Below are positions 60,820-64,000 of a stretch of 64,000 nucleotides of DNA, piece by piece. Numbering within the stretch: position 1 is the first letter of the stretch; each line of letters begins with the position of its first letter. The notes under the pieces were generated by a model that saw only the letters and a list, made by a program, of their open reading frames with translations, made no database searches and was not told the DNA's origin. The DNA lies in assembly GCA_010909165.1 (NCBI GenBank), contig MU008176.1, positions 798,856 through 862,855 of the forward strand, in the 5' to 3' direction. Source of the stretch: Anthoceros angustus. Lineage: Eukaryota; Plantae; Anthocerotophyta. Made by a program: the position numbers and the translations under genes.

Positions 60820-62930
60820 TCGATGATCCAAAGGCGGTGGACCATACGAGATAAGTCCATGGTAGATTGCGTGAAAGCGCTTTGGACTATTCGTTCTTTG
60901 TTTATCGAGCGAGACCCATTCGAGTGGGCCAACTGGCGGGGCTGGAGCCGGCGGTTGTGGCGCCTGCGGAATGAGGTGATCGACAAGCATGGTTGGCGGG
61001 CCGGGAGGCCGGCACCAACTTTGTGGAATGCCTTATATAGTCTCTCGAAGGGATTGGCAACAAGAATGGTGTTGCTACGGTCGGTGGATGAGCAGCACAC
61101 CGAAATCGGAGCATTCAACCTGTGCGACCTCCCTCGGTTCCCGGGCGGTGGTCGGTTTGAGTGGAGTCACACTCTGTCGAGATCCATTGATTTTGAAGAG
61201 AGTGGTGGTGGCGCCCGGGATGGAGTATGAACTACGCCAGCAAAATGATGTGTTCACGGGTAGACACGGTAGTATGTCTCTGGCTGATTTTGAAGAGAAA
61301 TTTAGATGGGCGATCGATGAGGTGGTGCTCAAATATAAGTCTGAATTCACGCCTGAGATGGCACTTAGAAAGATGAGCGCATTTCTGGCTGGTGAAGCTT
61401 TAACTTGCTATCGTGATTGTAAAGAAAAGATTTTGCAGGATGCTCATACTTCACTGCGAATGAAACGGGCAAGGAAAAGGCGCCAAGGTCGATGATGAAC
61501 CCGGGCTCATCAGTTTCATCCCAATCTGAGGTTATCACTTATCTGGTGGACGAAATGTTCGTCAAGTTTTGAGATGTTTCCGGTGGCGTCCATTGAGAAA
61601 ATCCGGGAGTTGTCAAGTTTGTGATCAAACCAAATGAGCCACTAAGATCTGCGTATCTCTGATGCGGTGAAATGGTGAAGACACCAAGGTGAAAACCATG
61701 AGAGCTAGCAAATATGCAGCCTTGCCGGGAAGGCGAGAGGAGGGTGATCGCCAACTACGCATATGTTACATGGGGACTATGAGTTGGAGCAGGCCTACGA
61801 GATCGGAGAGTTATGAAAGGAGATCTTGTCACCAATGCCTAATGGGAGGAACAATGTGGTCGAGAGGACATGCAGTGCCAGAACACCCATAAGCGGCATG
61901 GGAAGTCCCACTATCGCGAGCACGTGCGGTGAACACTCAACGCAAGGATTCGCCGTCAAAGGACCAAATGGCCCACAGTGCTGTGAGCTCCAAAACGTCT
62001 GACAAGTGTTTACGATGTAAGGGGCCGCACAAGGCGTATGAGTGTGAGCATCGTGTTGGCGGGTCAAAGTAAAAAGAAGCTTGCAGGGCGTGTGGTAAAA
62101 GCCGGGCTGCAGGCGCTTGGCGGCAAGCCCATCCACAAGCCCAAGGGCCTAGGAGATCGAACAATAGACAAGCGGCGTGTGAGTTACTCGGAAGGCACTT
62201 CTTGGGTGAGTCTGGCCTGCAAGAGTTGGCCATGGCGTAAGCATAAAGAAGGACACATGTGCGTGGCGAGAAACATATGATTCGGACGAAGATGTGTTTG
62301 CGTTGATAGCGGAAGGGTCAGTCGGATCAAAGGAAGCATTGATTTGATGAGATGTGAAGGTGGGGGTAGGAACCGGTTGAGAATGCCCAAATCCTTGAAC
62401 AGTTCGGGCGAGGGCGGCACCACATCGGGGAGGTAGCTCAGAATCACAGTCTGTTAGAAAAAGCCATGGATGCACCCTTGGTAAGTTTGCGTGACACAGG
62501 GTCGGGCACAAGTTCGGACAAGCAATGCGGGCTGGATTAAGAAGCCATTGAATTGAGCACGGTGTATGTGGCATCGGCTACGTGGTGACCATCTAAAACC
62601 GACCCGAGGAAAGGTGGCATAGCATTGGTGAAGAACCAAGAGCGAGAGGTCAGCATCAATGGCTTTGCACGGAGTGTGTGCTAGTAGAGCAGTGCGGATC
62701 CGGTCTTTGAGGGCACGGGTGCAAGAGGCGCTCAGCATGGAGACAAGTTGAAGCCATGTGAGTGCGGATCACCATCTGCAGTACCAAGAAGCGGTGATGG
62801 GGATGACTCGCGATCCGATCGGATAGAGTATAAGCGGAGCAAGAGACGCATGTGTGGTGGGTACCATGTCAGTTTCGGATGCGAATTATGATGTGTTGTT
62901 AGGAGGCGGATGCCACGCATGGACCAGCCA
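60820..62930 (+). pseudogene. Ty3/gypsy gag and protease relic
   Basis: VFTGRHGSMSLADFEEKF...MSAFLAGEALTCY (capsid), VIKPNEPLRSAY, KCLRCKGPHKAYEC (zinc knuckle, about 62005-62046), GTMSVSDANYDVLLG (protease C-terminal part, about 62860-62905). Frameshifted. Confidence 0.75.
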
Positions 62931-64000
62931 TGGGGTGGATCCAGCACTGCATTCTATAGGCCAAGATGGCGAGATGGAGATTTCACACATGTTGCTCAAT
63001 TCCTCTGGACATGAGGAGGCATGGTGAAAGATCAAAAGTATCTTGGCATTCACGCGTGCGAAAGTGTTCACCGAGGAGGAGGTGTGGGAAGAGACCACAG
63101 ACATGGCACGCCATGAGGTGTCGGAAGAAGGCACCACATCAATGACATGTATGTGGTACACCACACCCGTGAAGGAAGTCGGATCTCCTGACTGGTTACC
63201 CTGGATCGAGGGGCACGTGCAGCCCATGCCTCGATCCTTGACACACACTACCACGGGAGCGCCATCCTATTCGGGGAGGACCATTTTGGGAGAGCTGCGA
63301 GATACAACACCTTACAGGGATAGCACTCGAGAGAATCCAGCTTGGAATCGCTTGTCCTCTTGCCTCAAGCTCTCCTTCTGAGCAATTGGCTGAGAGATTG
63401 GCTGATGTCCAGTTCACCCTCCAAGACATGGGGATGGGTGCCGATCGACTTGCCGAGCATTGGAGACAAGGCTAGCAAGAGGATCTTGCCGGGCCAGCCT
63501 GGCATCCTTGAGGACTTAGGGCGGGGCATGTGTCCCTATGGGACAGGGAATGTTCCCCACTTGAGCACGGCACGGGCGATCCCTCTCCGGGACAGCCGGG
63601 GATCCTCACCTTGAGACGATCTGAATCCCACCCCGGCTATCTCGGCGTATGCTCTTCTCATCGAGCATCACCCCGCCAAGATCGGCCGCGGATCCAGCTG
63701 TCCGCTCGTGTCTCTAATGCCATGGTGGACAACCGGGAGGGACATGTCATCAATGGATACGCCAAGCTCGTTCTCCCGGATACGTGGGCTCACCGGTAAT
63801 TCTTGGGCGCATGCCAGGTTGCATTTGAGTGGTGACGCCCTCCAGCACTCACCTTGGAACATGCGGACAGCATCAGGATCCTTGGAGCCTGTTTGTGGGG
63901 AGACTTTGCAGCCCGTGTCTATCACTTTGAAGCATGGGACGGCTGCTGCTATGACATTGGCGCTTCATTGCCTTGTCACGACAGCAACCAACTATGACAT

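Noticed and set aside
62930-64000. Gypsy reverse transcriptase
   Set aside because: No SP.V.V.K, CVDYR.LN, MPFG or YxDD motif is recognisable in this span; RT may lie beyond the window.
1-64000. rRNA, tRNA or telomere arrays
   Set aside because: No conserved rRNA or tRNA signatures and no (TTTAGGG)n runs were seen by eye; tRNAscan-SE and Infernal were not run.

Overview
Eukaryotic, land-plant nuclear DNA. Short GT-AG introns, a PLS-type PPR relic and the retroelement types suggest a non-seed plant such as a hornwort (inference). Bases 1-11 kb hold two intact minus-strand genes, LTV1 (4 exons) and an At1g80640-like receptor kinase (10 exons, one GC-AG intron), plus a PPR relic, a 51-bp coding minisatellite and a hAT MITE with an 8-bp TSD. 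Bases 11.4-20 kb hold a LINE split by a full-length young Ty1/copia element (LTRs 223/224 identical, TSD CAGTC) that carries an extra antisense ORF. Bases 20-57 kb are a head-to-tail array of about 2.4 copies of a 15-16 kb composite unit. Each unit contains a 233-bp satellite with a nested 1.6-kb TIR element, the 3' half of a gypsy-like element with two convergent accessory ORFs, a truncated copia inserted in its LTR, an inverted gypsy RNaseH-integrase fragment, and an orphan acidic/AT-hook ORF. Bases 58.5-64 kb are a related gypsy element (about 2-kb LTR, gag, protease). Repeats are riddled with small indels that appear to cluster at CG/CHG sites while the genes are clean, so many frameshifts may be long-read consensus errors. 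No rRNA, tRNA or CRISPR was seen. No new enzymatic system can be demonstrated from sequence alone; the best candidate for something undescribed is the amplified composite unit and its AT-hook orphan gene.
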